Positions 22,766 to 24,000 of a DNA stretch of 24,000 bases are shown piece after piece. Source of the stretch: Psychromonas sp. CNPT3. GTDB taxonomy: Bacteria > Pseudomonadota > Gammaproteobacteria > Enterobacterales > Psychromonadaceae. Numbering within the stretch: position 1 is the stretch's first letter; every line of letters starts with the position of its first letter. Location: contig NC_020802.1 of the NCBI RefSeq assembly GCF_000153405.2, positions 119,883 through 143,882 of the forward strand. Direction: 5' to 3'. Under the pieces are notes generated by a model. It was not told the DNA's origin, made no database searches, and worked only from the letters and a program-made list of their open reading frames with translations. Made by a program: the position numbers and the translations under genes.

Positions 22766-23755
22766 TCAACCTAATGAACGAATAGTCTTAAATAATGCAA
22801 TTTGTGCAGGTTTAACCAATAATTTTTCTTGTAATGGTTTGCAACTTTTTTGGAAAGGGGCAATATCAACGTCAGTAAATGTCGCGCCGTTAGCTTTAGC
22901 AACTGCAATCGCTTTAGAAATGTTGTTATTCCAAATTGTAAATTCAGTTGTGGTACTTTCTTTTGCTAGTTTTCTAAGTATTACTTGATCGCTAGGCGTC
23001 ATTGCATCAATAAAGTCATTATTAATAACCACTAAATCGGCAACCATTACGTGACGAGTTCTTGAATAGAAAGGAGCAACTTCATAATGTTTTAAATCAG
23101 CATATGTGATTTCATTATTTTCTGCGCCGTCTAATACACCTTGTTGAATAGCGGTATAAACTTCACCTTGGCCCATTGGTACGCCTGTGCCACCCATGCA
23201 AGCAAGCATGCTGATCATAGTGTCTGACTGCATAACACGAATTTTTTGACCTTTCATGTCAGCAATTGAAGTTACTGGTGCTTTTTTTGTATACATACTA
23301 CGAGCGCCCGCTGTGTATGCAGTTAATACTTCAAAACCAAACTTTTTAGAAGAGGCAAATAAATCATCTAAAACATTAGAGGTATATACCGCTTCTTGAT
23401 GTTTTGGACCATTATAAATATAAGGTAGAGCCAATACGCCAAAGTCAGAATTGTAATTTTCAACGAGAGGATTAGCAACGATAGCCATTTGGATCGCACC
23501 AGATTGTACAAGCTCAAGTGATGCACGTTGATCGCCAAGTAATTCATTTGCATAAATGGTTAAGTGGTAACGACCATCTGTTTGCTCATTCAGTTTTTGC
23601 CCAAAATCTTCAAGTGCAAGATATTGAGGGTTAAATTTAGACTGGTTAAAGGCAGCCTTCATTTCTGTTGTTGCGCTTGCAAATGAAGCAAAACCGATTG
23701 ATGTGCCGAGGGTAAGTGCAAGAGTGGCTACTTTGAAAGCCTTTTTGTTCAACAT
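22766..23755 (-). CDS. dctP: TRAP transporter substrate-binding protein (DctP family), 329 aa from the MLNKK start
   Basis: Signal peptide MLNKKAFKVATLALTLGTSIGFASFASA. DctP-family body including the conserved Arg region (TAGARSMYTKK) used for carboxylate binding in this family. I chose the start at 23755 because GGAGA lies 7 nt upstream and the signal peptide begins there; the ORF-track extension to 23824 has neither. Confidence 0.85.
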   Translation of the reverse strand: MLNKKAFKVATLALTLGTSIGFASFASATTEMKAAFNQSKFNPQYLALEDFGQKLNEQTDGRYHLTIYANELLGDQRASLELVQSGAIQMAIVANPLVENYNSDFGVLALPYIYNGPKHQEAVYTSNVLDDLFASSKKFGFEVLTAYTAGARSMYTKKAPVTSIADMKGQKIRVMQSDTMISMLACMGGTGVPMGQGEVYTAIQQGVLDGAENNEITYADLKHYEVAPFYSRTRHVMVADLVVINNDFIDAMTPSDQVILRKLAKESTTTEFTIWNNNISKAIAVAKANGATFTDVDIAPFQKSCKPLQEKLLVKPAQIALFKTIRSLG

Positions 23756-23827
23756 GATACTGTCTCCATAATAAGATACATGTGTGATGCATTGATGAAT
23801 GTCGGTCATCCAGATGAATTCCATCTC

Positions 23828-23839
23828 ATCAACGTTGAT
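23828..23839. promoter_or_regulatory. Perfect 12-bp palindrome ATCAACGTTGAT upstream of dctP; candidate operator
   Basis: Read directly from the sequence. Its centre is about 78 nt upstream of the dctP ATG. Function is inferred only. Confidence 0.3.
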
Positions 23840-23926
23840 TATTTTTTAGCATGTTATGTAAAAAATAATGACTTTAACAATATGAGTCAGAATAAGCAGA
23901 GGACTTACCTGACAAATATTGTCAAT

Positions 23927-23960
23927 GTTGCTCTTTGTAAGAAAATCCTACAAGAGCAAC
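23927..23960. repeat. Long inverted repeat GTTGCTCT(T)TGTA / TACAAGAGCAAC (12 bp with a 1-nt bulge, 9-nt loop)
   Basis: Read directly from the sequence. No U-tract follows on either strand, so it is not a classical terminator. It is adjacent to a second small dyad, GACAA-ATA-TTGTC (23911-23923). Confidence 0.6.
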
Positions 23961-24000
23961 AATATGACGCTTATATTACGATTAAATATCATACGATCAA

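Noticed and set aside
23756-23824. 23-codon N-terminal extension of dctP (MEFIWMTDIHQC...).
   Set aside because: The signal peptide and a GGAGA Shine-Dalgarno belong to the internal ATG at 23755. The extension has no ribosome-binding site and would bury the signal peptide.
1-24000. Searched by eye for CRISPR arrays, tRNA/rRNA, IS elements with terminal inverted repeats, integrases, phage or defence genes, and long tandem repeats.
   Set aside because: Nothing was found. Every ORF over about 180 aa is accounted for by transport, metabolic or regulatory families, and the only repeats are the short ones listed.

Overview
This looks like a chromosomal, AT-rich gammaproteobacterial segment. A marine Vibrionales/Alteromonadales-like source is my guess from codon style only. 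I can support 20 protein-coding genes plus several hairpins and repeats. I see no rRNA, tRNA, CRISPR array, IS/transposase, integrase or phage genes. The left ~15 kb is an organophosphate-acquisition neighbourhood. It holds ugpB-ugpA-ugpE-ugpC (minus strand), with a HAD-IIB phosphatase translationally coupled to ugpC in the slot where E. coli carries ugpQ. ugpQ itself lies divergently upstream, with a near-consensus Pho box in the shared spacer. Next comes a Salmonella-type phosphoglycerate module, pgtC-pgtB-pgtA (minus) divergent from pgtP (plus), with a PykA-type pyruvate kinase directly behind pgtP. The PgtA-like regulator has an intact receiver and Fis-type HTH but a visibly degenerate AAA+ core (no GAFTGA, Walker A Lys->Arg, Walker B acidic pair lost). 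The right ~9 kb holds a YfcC-family transporter, a strong terminator, then a YjjI-family small glycyl-radical enzyme with its YjjW-type radical-SAM activase. No reaction has been assigned to that family to my knowledge, so it is my best candidate for an undescribed system. After it come a convergent LysR regulator and a dctP-dctQ-dctM TRAP transporter. A small RHH antitoxin-like gene with no visible toxin sits at the left edge. I found no defence-island or mobile-element signature; any novelty here is metabolic or regulatory.
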